Made by a program: the position numbers and the translations under genes. The notes beneath the pieces were generated by a model. It saw only the letters and a program-made list of their open reading frames with translations. It searched no databases and was not told the origin of the DNA. Shown here piece by piece: positions 1 to 8,548 of a DNA stretch of 32,000 bases (position 1 is its first letter; each line of letters opens with the position of its first letter). The stretch covers positions 1,950,001-1,982,000 of the forward strand of contig NC_017459.1 of NCBI RefSeq assembly GCF_000237865.1, read 5' to 3'. Source of the stretch: Haloquadratum walsbyi C23 (GTDB lineage: Archaea > Halobacteriota > Halobacteria > Halobacteriales > Haloferacaceae).

Positions 1-235
1 TTAAATTATATCAGAATTATTTATCATTATTTCAACTAATCATCCAGGATAGCTCTCCAGAACAGGCTTGTGGATTAATTTCAGTCGAGCCGGGAGATTG
101 ATACTCGTTATCTCGCCACTTGCGTACTTAATTTATGCGCTAATCGCTGCAGTGTAATTACGACCGATATAATATTTTGTTTCATTGATAAAATTGTAAT
201 TTGCGGAGGTCAGTACGGTCGGTTTAATATGAGCA

Positions 236-973
236 ATGACAGGGGCGACGACCGATTCATACGACTCCAACTGGGAAAGATCAGCTGGTTCAAGATTCGC
301 GCAGACCGCGACGTCCCACCAGCAGGCGATATTAACAAGATATCCTCAAAAGGAACCAATAGGCAGATCGTGCGTCTCACTCGTGACCATCGTGGAAGAC
401 ACGCCCGAGAAGTCGCCACTCGGTGAGAGTGACTTTGAGGACTGCATGAGTGTTGACCTCGACATTACGAGCTACATTCACACGTCTGAAAATCTGTCCG
501 TTGACGTGGTTTAATCGGTTAGGACGAGGACGCCGAATCAACACCCTCAGAATCGGTTCGCGATTCTGGTGTACGAATGAGAGTTTTGTTCTCGTTGCAG
601 ACTGCACTCTCTCCGTTCACGTCTTGTCGAGAGGTTGTGGATACAAACCGGATTCGTGAGAGCATCTCATAGGCTGTCAGACGCCGTCTAACAGGGTCGT
701 TCGGGGTGAGTTCATACTGCGAACATTGTGCGGTAATGTTGCGGAATATAGAAACATATCTCAGTCCATATATACGGCTACTCAAGCCTGCCGTTGAACA
801 AGCCGAAATAGGACTTGGGTACTCGCAGTGGTCCTCACAAATTAGCGAATACTGGGAAGACTGACGATCTCATATACATCGATACGGCTATTGAAAGAGA
901 ATGTGTCCAGGTGGTCACACTATCGGCAGGGACCGTACAAAACGGTTTGAATCGAGCAAGAGACCAATTGTGA
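236..973 (+). pseudogene. Decayed TnpB-like (IS200/IS605 family, IS1341-type) gene remnant, 5'-truncated and split over at least three frames
   Basis: Three colinear + strand pieces are separated by stops or frameshifts. Piece 236-514 (..CMSVDLDITSYIHTSENLSV) resembles the RuvC-I GxDxGxxxL block. Piece 673-861 (..YIRLLKPAVEQAEIGLGYSQWSSQ) resembles the L-YKAE..G...YTSQ block before the Zn finger. Piece 863-970 (..TVQNGLNRARD) resembles the D-NGA-NI RuvC-III block. There is no intact ORF. Motifs were recognised by eye from memory. Confidence 0.3.
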
Positions 974-1799
974 AAGCACCGGTCTTGATAGATGAGTGTT
1001 GTAATCAGTAGAGAAAGTATCTAAACACCAATAACTTGCAGGGTGCAGTGTTGATCACATCAGCAGTTTGATCATTCGATGCGAGTGTTCGGGTAATCTG
1101 CCCCACAGTGGACAAGAATGTCAAAAAGGCATTCGCTCGTATCTCTTCCGTGGTACTGCGACATCAATCCCAGATGCAATAACTTACCCCAAATAGCAAA
1201 GCGTGAGTTTTCCAGCGTTGATCGACTTATCTGGAGTGAGTAGTGAACGGCTCAGTGTTTGGACCGGTATCACCGCATCAATTCACGAATCACATGTTTA
1301 TATCAACGTCATATGCTGATTGAGATAAAATGGATCCCCCAAATTAGATGTATGGAGTGAGACCGACGAAAATATCGAATTAACGGTTTGTCGATAATCA
1401 TAGATTGAAAAGACCGATTTCATTTTCTGTGTTGTATGGAACATATATATCGTATGTCGCTATATCAAATTATCAGGATGAGATCATACAGCTCCAAAGG
1501 GTACTGTCCATATACGTGCACTCTGTTTCATTATCTTCAACAAAACCGATCGGACGCTTCCAGTTGTCCCTGACATTTGTTTTTATATCACTCAGGAATT
1601 TCGAGGTAACTCGACTCTGAGACCTAAATCAACGATTCAAGCACTGTTACTGTGATTTCCGTTCCACGATATCTTTCATCAGTGTCTCACTCAGGTACTC
1701 ATTTGTCGCGGAAACAAACGGTATTCCCGCATATCCGAGTTGAACCATGTTCAGAATTCTGAGCTATTCGTGATGACACATCAAGTGGCGAGTGATAGG

Positions 1800-2290
1800 T
1801 CACAGAGGTGATGTCAAATGTAGGCGTGAACACTTTCCCCGACCATCGGACCCGAACCACGTATCTGTAAAATATGAACGCGGATTGGAGGCTATTTTCC
1901 ATCCGGAGATTGTGTGTCTGTCAAACTGTTTTGAAGAACGCATTGTTCTTTTTAGCTCAAGCCCTCGATTGCAGTAGTGGTCTGTCAAATTATGATTAGC
2001 GTCGACAGTTAGCATTTGTATCATCGGTGCAGATCTGAACCCGCCCGGCAGTGTCACGGGTAACTCAAACGTCGTCGGGAAAGATGAAATGTGATGAGAT
2101 GGGACTGCTCTACCCATTGATCTGTCCGTGAACACAGGCTACTGTATCAACAGTGGGTTTCAGATGCGTTTGGAATAGCGTTCCTGCTGTTGTTCCCGTC
2201 GGTAGTTCATGAGAATGATGCCGATTTCCCATATCTCGCACGATCCGAGATTCGAATTCAAATCCAGACTGACATTCTACATCTTGAATA
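1800..2290 (-). pseudogene. Possible decayed IS200-type TnpA (HUH/Y1 transposase) remnant
   Basis: The minus-strand ORF 1800-2135 contains LTVDANHNL...LELKRTMRSSKQF...GWKIASNPRSYFTDTWFG. This loosely parallels the TnpA order (DHxHL)-(LKG.SS)-(W..SYF..T.G), but the HUH histidines are replaced. An upstream open stretch (about 2120-2290) lies in another frame. Support is weak. Confidence 0.2.
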
Positions 2291-2473
2291 TTGAGTGACT
2301 AGCCTCTCAAACTCATCGAGTTCACCAATACAGCACCAGTAAGGTGAATGATAAAATACTTTCTGGACTTCTCGATGCAGGGAGACCATCGTCTGGGATT
2401 TGGGTAGGTCTCTGATTCTCAATTGGACATGGCAGGGTCTGATACTTCCCAGATAAGTATCCGCTGAAGAGCG

Positions 2474-3532
2474 CTATTCGAGACTGAGTGGAGACATCTC
2501 TAGAAATGCCGTTTCGTACCCTTCGTGCCGAGCGACCTGCGGGGGAACCTCGACGGTGATTTCGACCGCACTCTCTGTTGAGATTCCCTCAACAGTTGCA
2601 CCGTAGTGGAATCCAAGTTCTGGATCTAAGCTTGAAGAGAGGACAACGGACTCGGTATCATCGATCGAGACTGAAAGCGCCATTCTGGGGATAACAAGAC
2701 CATTGTGCGGCGTACGGACGGAGACCCCAAGATACGGAGTTGATCCGAATCGGTCCCTTTCAACGACGGTCCCGACAAAGACGGCATCACCACTCGTTCC
2801 GCGTCCGATATTGGTTCCTGGAAGCGATTCTGGTGCGCCCCCAGTTGGTATCATCTCCATCGACATAGGCTCAACCGCCTTTTGTTGACCCTGCTCGCTG
2901 GTTAATCTCTCGTAAGAGATGTTGTTCATATCTTGTTCAGAGAATTCGAATGATATCGTGCTCGTGCTAGCCTTCGCAAATTTGCCTTTAAACTGACCGT
3001 ATCGGGAGGCGCTGATCCCACCCATGCTTATTGAGATATCATACATACCATCACCGATAAGACCGAAGTTTGCTCCATAGTGAAATCCCATTCGTTGAGA
3101 GAGCATCGGGTAAATGACCTCTTCGCTCACGAGTTCATCCTCACGAGTAATCTCGACGGAAAGACCAGTGTTGGGAAGCACAGTTCCTGTCTTAGGGTCC
3201 CACGGAACCGCCATCAGATGGACTGAGTCATCCTGTTCAATATCCGTTCGCTGGGTAGTATACTCACCACCATCGTTTTCAACCGTCCAGAATCGATGCG
3301 GATACGAGTAGGTGAGTCCGACCATGAGATCGCCAAGATTCGTCACCCCAATCATATTCATTCCCTCAACGTGTGTCGGAAGATACACTGCGTTCGGTCG
3401 ATCTTCAACAAGTGGTGGTGCTCGCCCTGATGTTGTTTCGAAGAGGCTTGACGGATTACCGATACATCCTGCAGTGGAGCCAAAAATCGTGACGCCGATT
3501 CCGGTCAACGCTTGTCGTCGGTTCATATCCAT
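2474..3532 (-). CDS. Tat-signal lipoprotein with two internally duplicated domains; function unknown, possibly metal-binding
   Basis: The ORF is 2474-3568. A twin-arginine motif (MNRRQALTG) is followed by a hydrophobic stretch and a lipobox-like STAGC, so the start is more likely ATG 3532 or 3526. The two halves each end in a GFHYGA motif (GFHYGANFGLIGDGMYDISI and GFHYGATVEGI). Composition is acidic. Confidence 0.8.
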   Translation of the reverse strand: MDMNRRQALTGIGVTIFGSTAGCIGNPSSLFETTSGRAPPLVEDRPNAVYLPTHVEGMNMIGVTNLGDLMVGLTYSYPHRFWTVENDGGEYTTQRTDIEQDDSVHLMAVPWDPKTGTVLPNTGLSVEITREDELVSEEVIYPMLSQRMGFHYGANFGLIGDGMYDISISMGGISASRYGQFKGKFAKASTSTISFEFSEQDMNNISYERLTSEQGQQKAVEPMSMEMIPTGGAPESLPGTNIGRGTSGDAVFVGTVVERDRFGSTPYLGVSVRTPHNGLVIPRMALSVSIDDTESVVLSSSLDPELGFHYGATVEGISTESAVEITVEVPPQVARHEGYETAFLEMSPLSLE

Positions 3533-3619
3533 CCTCCGTCCTGTCCAATAAAACTGATTCTGGTACACCTCCCGAATTGATGCTGTACTGCAGTCATCGT
3601 ATCGTATGATGTCTTTGGT

Positions 3620-4153
3620 TTACTTATTGTCCATGTCGGCGGACCACCCATGCAGCACATCGTCAAATAGTCTGGTAAAGCGATCAGTCATCCGCTCAGG
3701 GAACGTTGGCTCCACGACTCCAAGGAGTTCTCTAACGGTCTCATGATTACTAATTCTCACCGTGACAGCGCTGCCAGTCCCGTAACACTTTGTGATAAGT
3801 TCGCAGTCACATAAACGATCCAGGTGATACTCAACTGTGCTTCTAGCAATACCGAGTCGTTGGGCGATTTCCGCCGGGGGGCTTGAACCATTGTCGCGTA
3901 GATATGAGAGAATGTCTCGTGCTGTCTCGCGTCTGAGGACAGCGACATCACGCCGAAGTTCAGGGTCGAAGTCCCGGTCATAGTAGTGTGTCCGTCCGGC
4001 GTATATCTCTTGATCGACTTCATCCGCTCGTTCTAGCCGCCTGACATGATACTGTATCTGTCCGTTAGCGAGGGTAAGTCGGCGTCCAAGTTCGTTAAAA
4101 TGAATCCCCGGCTCGGCTCGAATCGCTGCCTGGATTCGTTCTCTCGTTGTCAT
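3620..4153 (-). CDS. Winged helix-turn-helix transcription regulator (ArsR/PadR-like) with two wHTH modules
   Basis: 177 aa. HTH-like segments are IHFNELGRRLTLANGQIQYHVRRLE and PPAEIAQRLGIARSTVEYHLDRL. Its start overlaps the upstream ORF stop as ATGA (4150-4153). Confidence 0.85.
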   Translation of the reverse strand: MTTRERIQAAIRAEPGIHFNELGRRLTLANGQIQYHVRRLERADEVDQEIYAGRTHYYDRDFDPELRRDVAVLRRETARDILSYLRDNGSSPPAEIAQRLGIARSTVEYHLDRLCDCELITKCYGTGSAVTVRISNHETVRELLGVVEPTFPERMTDRFTRLFDDVLHGWSADMDNK

Positions 4154-4482
4154 ACGCTCAGCTCTCCACGAACCCGTCGGGCGAAATACACTGCTCCGAT
4201 GACTGCGGCTAATGTCACAACATCGAGCCCATGTTCAATTAGATGATGCATCGATTCGTTCATTATACCGCCGAACGCCAGTCCCCCGACGAGAACACGA
4301 CCGACAAGCGCGCCGATAGCCACTGTCAAGAGGAGGTATGAGAATGACCGGCGTTGCGCATAGACGACGACACTGAGTGAAAGTAAGACTACCCCACCGA
4401 TTGCACTCATAGCGAAGATCAACGAGAGCGAAAATCCTACGAGGTCCGTGTGCGTAACCCATAATATCATGCGTTGAATCAT
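4150..4482 (-). CDS. Small integral membrane protein (about 3 TM helices), first gene of a three-gene operon
   Basis: 110 aa and mostly hydrophobic (LVGFSLSLIFAMSAIGGVVLLSL, YLLLTVAIGALVG, VVTLAAVIGAVYF). A GGAGG (4489-4493, minus) sits 6 nt upstream of the ATG. It is translationally coupled to the regulator gene. Confidence 0.7.
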   Translation of the reverse strand: MIQRMILWVTHTDLVGFSLSLIFAMSAIGGVVLLSLSVVVYAQRRSFSYLLLTVAIGALVGRVLVGGLAFGGIMNESMHHLIEHGLDVVTLAAVIGAVYFARRVRGELSV

Positions 4483-4915
4483 AAGATTCCTCCACCGGTT
4501 CGAATGGTCTTGAGATCATTTATGAACCGCAGCTGGTCGATTCCATCCCGTGTGAACTGCCCTGCCCTACCGCGCTCTGGGCTGCTCGCCCCTCGCTTGG
4601 TGAGTACAGGGTTTCTTGTTTCTGCGTCGGAGCTTGTACCCGACGTGGACACAGCGGTTCCAGACTGCGCAGGCGATTTCCCTTCACAGGCAGTTCGGAG
4701 TGTCCCACTCCTCCCAGATGGACACTCAGCCACAATCGACAGTGCGCACTTTTGATTGCGCTTGAACACCGTTACCGTTAGAGATGCGGTGAGCATCGTA
4801 CTGCCAGATTCACCCGTGTGGGTAGTAAACGTGCTGATGAACGCGCAAATAAACTATGCGGCTCTGTATCCCCTCCTCACGCCCTCACTCTGTTCGGGCG
4901 TTGAGGAAGGGGCTT
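4483..4915 (-). ncRNA. Candidate structured RNA or long structured 5' leader (GC-rich, ORF-free island); the strand is tentative
   Basis: The region is visibly GC-richer than its flanks. Local hairpins by stem arm are 4579-4582/4588-4591, 4625-4630/4640-4645, 4664-4668/4690-4694, 4697-4702/4706-4711, 4744-4748/4757-4761, and a 15-bp bulged stem 4870-4884/4896-4912. A TTTATTT (minus strand, 4847-4853) could be a TATA box about 25 nt before a start near 4822. The ORFs here give basic, non-halophilic-looking peptides on both strands. Confidence 0.3.
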
Positions 4916-4947
4916 AGCGCCTCAAATCAGCTAAATTCAGCTAAATG

Positions 4948-4999
4948 AAAAAATAGCCCGAGTTCCCAATCCTACCGTGGCGGGGGTGAAGCCCGTCAC
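4948..4999 (-). terminator. Hairpin plus T6 run on the minus strand; possible terminator of the transcript coming from the beta-propeller gene side
   Basis: An 8-bp stem (arms 4977-4984/4992-4999, one G-U pair) is followed on the minus strand, about 23 nt later, by TTTTTT (4948-4953). Confidence 0.3.
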
Positions 5000-5663
5000 T
5001 TCGGCGCGTGTTCTCTCTTCGATATTTTGCTTAATCATTTGGCATTAATTAAATATGATGATGCACGTGTGGATGAACGCATAGTCGCTATACTCCGATT
5101 CAACCGTTTCACACATATTACTGAACTCGTTGATAATAATTCCGTTGCAGCAGTCTCATTTTGTCCGGAGGAACGCCCAGTTACCGATGTCTATATCGAT
5201 ATTAATTGGATTAGCACGCTGAAACTACCTCCGGTGTGTCGTGTTCGGGGTCAAAGTCGATTGGATAAAACGCGACAGCGTCAGTATAGTCGTGTTCGAT
5301 ACTGTGTGGCTGTATCTGCCGGAGCGTGCTGACGAGCAACGGACAGACTATCCAGCAGTACAGATAATACAATGTCATAAAGAACGGTGTCTCAACGTCG
5401 CGAAGCGACACAGACTCATTCTACAACGGCGACAGTACTGTGACATCGAGTATCCGCGCGCCACGCAGATACGGGAGGTCAGCACTTGTCGTTGCACCCC
5501 TATCAGGTCGTCTGAGTACGGTGTTCTAATTGCTCCTGGCGAGTGTATCAAAACAGCCTACTGTTGACAGAGCAGCGGAGCTCCCGAGATCTTCAAGGAA
5601 CGTTTGTTGTTGTATGTCGTAGTGCTGATTATATATCATACTGAGGATATCAGTCTAGTTCAG

Positions 5664-6893
5664 TCAGTCGTACTCCAGTCGAACGACGCGTCCGTCAGCA
5701 TAGATGACGTACGCCTCACTCGCTCCATCGTCATCGGAATCGACTATAGTAGCATGGGTGAATATCTGCATGTCTCGGGCATACGAAGACAAGATATTCC
5801 CTGTTTCTGGATCGAGAATACTTACACTTCCATCATTCCCGGCTGTAAGAAGTTCTAACGAACCGTCGCCATCAAGATCACCAAGGTTTGGTGGTGGCAT
5901 CATCTGCACACGATCGACGACTACCTCGGTCGTCCACTCTATCTCACCGGTGACAGAATCAAGCGCATGAACCCTGCCGTTTTGCGTCGTCGCGTACACC
6001 TCGGACGACCCATCGCTATCGGCATCACCAAACGCGCGGACAGCAGCGAACTCACCGATCATAGTGCGCCACTCTACAGAACCGTTTCGACCGTCAACTG
6101 CCACAATGTCGCCACCGGTGGTTGCAAAAAAGCTCTCTAGCGCTGAATCTTCATCAGCCTGCCCATGCGTTCCCCAGGTAATCGACCCCTTGTCAGAAAC
6201 AGTAGTATTCCACTCAACCGTGCCATTGTGACCGAACAGTACCGCATTTCCATTCTGACCGCCGACGAGTAATTCGGGTCTGCTATCCCTGTCGAAGTCT
6301 TCGACAGTTGGTTGTGCCCAGACATACTCATTAAGACTTGCCGTCCAGAGGGTCGTGCCGTCTGATCCAAAGACGAACACCGTGCCGGTCACGTCGACTG
6401 CGATTATTTCCTGCCCAGTTGTCGGCGCGAGGTCGGCGACAATCGGCTGCGTGTAACCGTAGTCAGAGAGATTAAGCCTCGCCTCAATATCCCCAGAGTT
6501 TGTATCGAGAATAGCAACCTCCTTTTCGGTCGTTGCCGCCAGCACTTCGTTCTGTCCGTCGCTGTCGACATCGGTGACGGTCGGATCGGCGACAGCATGT
6601 ATGGTGCAGTTTTCTGACGGAATTCCATACGTCCAGCGAGTATCGCCATCAACCATATCCATTGATATGAGTGCACAGCTCCCGTCGCCGTCATCGCTAA
6701 TCGGCGCATATACACCACCGTCAGCCACGGCGACCGCATGGTGATTCGCAGACACCTGTCGCCCGGTATCGCTCGTCCACGTCGCTCTCAATTCGGAGTC
6801 ATTTGCCACCCCGCCGGTGAGACCGAATCCGATAACCGCGCCAAGGATGACAACGATACCGAACGCCACGGTTACCGTCGTCGCTTTCATCAA
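5664..6893 (-). CDS. Membrane-anchored beta-propeller repeat protein (FG-GAP/VCBS-like DxDxDG motifs with PQQ-like blades)
   Basis: 409 aa with an N-terminal TM helix (VTVAFGIVVILGAVIGFGL). Ca-binding-like loops recur (DVDSDGQNEVL, GDADSDGSSEVY, GDLDGDGSLELL, VDSDDDGASEAY). They alternate with blade motifs (DGRNGSVEWRT, DSVTGEIEWTT, DPETGNIL). Confidence 0.85.
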   Translation of the reverse strand: MMKATTVTVAFGIVVILGAVIGFGLTGGVANDSELRATWTSDTGRQVSANHHAVAVADGGVYAPISDDGDGSCALISMDMVDGDTRWTYGIPSENCTIHAVADPTVTDVDSDGQNEVLAATTEKEVAILDTNSGDIEARLNLSDYGYTQPIVADLAPTTGQEIIAVDVTGTVFVFGSDGTTLWTASLNEYVWAQPTVEDFDRDSRPELLVGGQNGNAVLFGHNGTVEWNTTVSDKGSITWGTHGQADEDSALESFFATTGGDIVAVDGRNGSVEWRTMIGEFAAVRAFGDADSDGSSEVYATTQNGRVHALDSVTGEIEWTTEVVVDRVQMMPPPNLGDLDGDGSLELLTAGNDGSVSILDPETGNILSSYARDMQIFTHATIVDSDDDGASEAYVIYADGRVVRLEYD

Positions 6894-7045
6894 CCAGTCT
6901 TGATATCAGGGGTAAATGAGGGCTCTGGTTCCGTTCTCGAAGCCATAGAATTCAATAATAATTTATATGAATTGTTGTAACGAACAACCGATTATCGCCT
7001 ATCCATTTGATCGGTGACTGGTAGTTGACCGTGACAATCCATATT

Positions 7046-7062
7046 CGCTAGTTGTCCACTCT
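7046..7062. repeat. IS left terminal inverted repeat
   Basis: CGCTAGTTGTCCACTCT, the exact reverse complement of 8529-8545. Confidence 0.85.
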
Positions 7063-7141
7063 GTCTCAGTGATGCCGTCGCTGACATATAGTGCCAGATG
7101 AAGCGGGTGAATCAGGAAGCTGATTCATCCGCTGCCCGGAT

Positions 7142-8332
7142 GTGGGTGACGTGAACCTACCAAAGCTCAAACGAATCCTCACCGATCCGGACGAGTTCAT
7201 TTCGAACAGCCAGCTGAAATCTCTTAGCATGGAGTTGCTTGAGTTGATACCCATGGAAGGAATCGAGGGCTCCGGCCTCGATTCCGACCAGATCATGGAA
7301 GTCGTTTTACGAGCTGCTGTTGACCAGACATCGGTCAACGGTGTCACAACCAGCACTGAGGACACACCAAACCGGGAGACAGTGATGGATTGGCTCCACA
7401 CGCTGGAAAAAGAGACAATGCTTGATGCTGTCAACGACATTCTCGCGCTGGTAGCTATGACGGTTCTCGACCGCGACGGGTCGAGAACCATCTGCATCGA
7501 CTTCATGAACAACCCATTCCACGGCTGTCCAGACGATGAAGACGAATTCCGGCGGATGAGTGCCCGCGACGGCACTACAAAGTGTCACCGCTACTGTACA
7601 GCGTTTGTTCTTGCACAGGGGAAGCCGCTGACGCTGGCGGTTGAACCGGTTGATGGCAAAGATAGCAAGGCCGACACGGTCGAGCGCGTGCTCGCCCGCG
7701 TCGAGACTTATCCGTTCGAGATCGATCAAATTTTCATGGACAGAGACGCCTTCTGTGGCGAGTTAATCGGCGTTCTCCGTGAGCCGGTCTTTCCGGTGAG
7801 AACCGGGAAAGAAACCCTCGAAGAGAAGCTCACAACGGGTTCCTCGTACATGACTGAGGAGATAATCTGCGAAGGGAAAGAGCACGAACAAACGTATCCA
7901 CTGGCGGTCAACGTCACGTATCAAAACGGAGATCGCGGGAAGTCAGGGCTCAAACAGACAGGATACGCGGCGTACGGTCTGGAAGACCGAACGCCGCGGC
8001 AAGTGGCGCAGGTCTACAACCACCGGGCACAGATTGAGAAGAGCTACGAGACATTCCGGAAAGCGCGTGCTCTGACAACAACACCATCGACGACGATTCG
8101 GCTGTTCTACGTGGGCGTTGGGTTCCTGCTGGAGCAGTTGTGGGTTGTGTTGCAGTGGGCAGTGCTCGCCCGACCACGGCGTGGCGGGCGAGCACTTCCG
8201 ACCGATTTCACGTTCAACAACGCGTTTCTCCATGGGGTCGAAGAGGTGCTGGACGATGAGCTCGGCTGGAAAGATGAACACCAGACGAACGGCCAGGGAC
8301 TACCAGCAGGGCACGAACACGGACTCGGGTAA
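7142..8332 (+). CDS. ISH3-family (DDE) transposase
   Basis: 396 aa with a GTG start. The C-terminal region TTTPSTTIRLFYVGVGFLLEQLWVVLQWAVLARPRRGGRAL matches the remembered ISH3/ISH27-type signature (..TTT..PTVRL.Y.....LL.N.W......A.PRRGGR.). A hairpin at 8339-8354 follows the stop. Confidence 0.9.
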   Translation: MGDVNLPKLKRILTDPDEFISNSQLKSLSMELLELIPMEGIEGSGLDSDQIMEVVLRAAVDQTSVNGVTTSTEDTPNRETVMDWLHTLEKETMLDAVNDILALVAMTVLDRDGSRTICIDFMNNPFHGCPDDEDEFRRMSARDGTTKCHRYCTAFVLAQGKPLTLAVEPVDGKDSKADTVERVLARVETYPFEIDQIFMDRDAFCGELIGVLREPVFPVRTGKETLEEKLTTGSSYMTEEIICEGKEHEQTYPLAVNVTYQNGDRGKSGLKQTGYAAYGLEDRTPRQVAQVYNHRAQIEKSYETFRKARALTTTPSTTIRLFYVGVGFLLEQLWVVLQWAVLARPRRGGRALPTDFTFNNAFLHGVEEVLDDELGWKDEHQTNGQGLPAGHEHGLG

Positions 8333-8528
8333 GCCGCCTCGCTTCGGGCGAAGCGAAGCTGGCGACCAGCGACAGCTGTATCTGAATTGCGGCTTCAACA
8401 CAGAGCTCAGTAGAGACAAGTAGTAAACTCGATATCTGTTTAGGTCACTGAGACAGCTGTTGGCGTCTTTGTCTTGTTTCGACGTCTTCCGGACGTGAAG
8501 TCTTACTTTCGCGGCTGCGGTTATCGGT

Positions 8529-8545
8529 AGAGTGGACAACTAGCG
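8529..8545. repeat. IS right terminal inverted repeat
   Basis: AGAGTGGACAACTAGCG, the exact reverse complement of 7046-7062, followed by the target-site duplication ATATT. Confidence 0.85.
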
Positions 8546-8548
8546 ATA

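Larger units (their letters stand above)
7046..8545 (+). mobile_element. Complete ISH3-family insertion sequence (1500 bp)
   Basis: Perfect 17-bp terminal inverted repeats CGCTAGTTGTCCACTCT (7046-7062 and reverse complement 8529-8545). Flanking 5-bp direct repeat ATATT (7041-7045 and 8546-8550). It encodes one DDE transposase ORF. Confidence 0.85.

Noticed and set aside
4530-4859. Group II intron domain-V-like strings GAGCCGCAU (minus strand, about 4859-4867) and GCGGUUC (minus strand, about 4524-4530).
   Set aside because: They are about 330 nt apart rather than forming the compact 34-nt domain V hairpin. No AC bulge or GNRA loop arrangement is present.
4483-4915. SRP (7S) RNA or RNase P RNA on the minus strand. 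It contains GAGCAGCC, CCCUGUAC and GCAGAAAC-like strings, and the length is about 300-400 nt.
   Set aside because: The motifs are in the wrong order and spacing for SRP: the UGUA-like string sits next to the AGCAGCC string. I could find no GGAA-capped helix-8 hairpin with a CAGG/AGCA symmetric loop and no long helix-5 complementarity between the 5' and 3' halves. No GGAAAGUCC is present either.
5211-5411. A 66-aa minus-strand ORF with one hydrophobic helix and an acidic tail (..EHDYTDAVAFYPIDFDPEHDTPEVV), downstream of the beta-propeller gene.
   Set aside because: It is plausible as a small membrane protein, but I cannot support it from sequence alone. It overlaps two other similar-sized ORFs, and it has no SD or recognisable motif.
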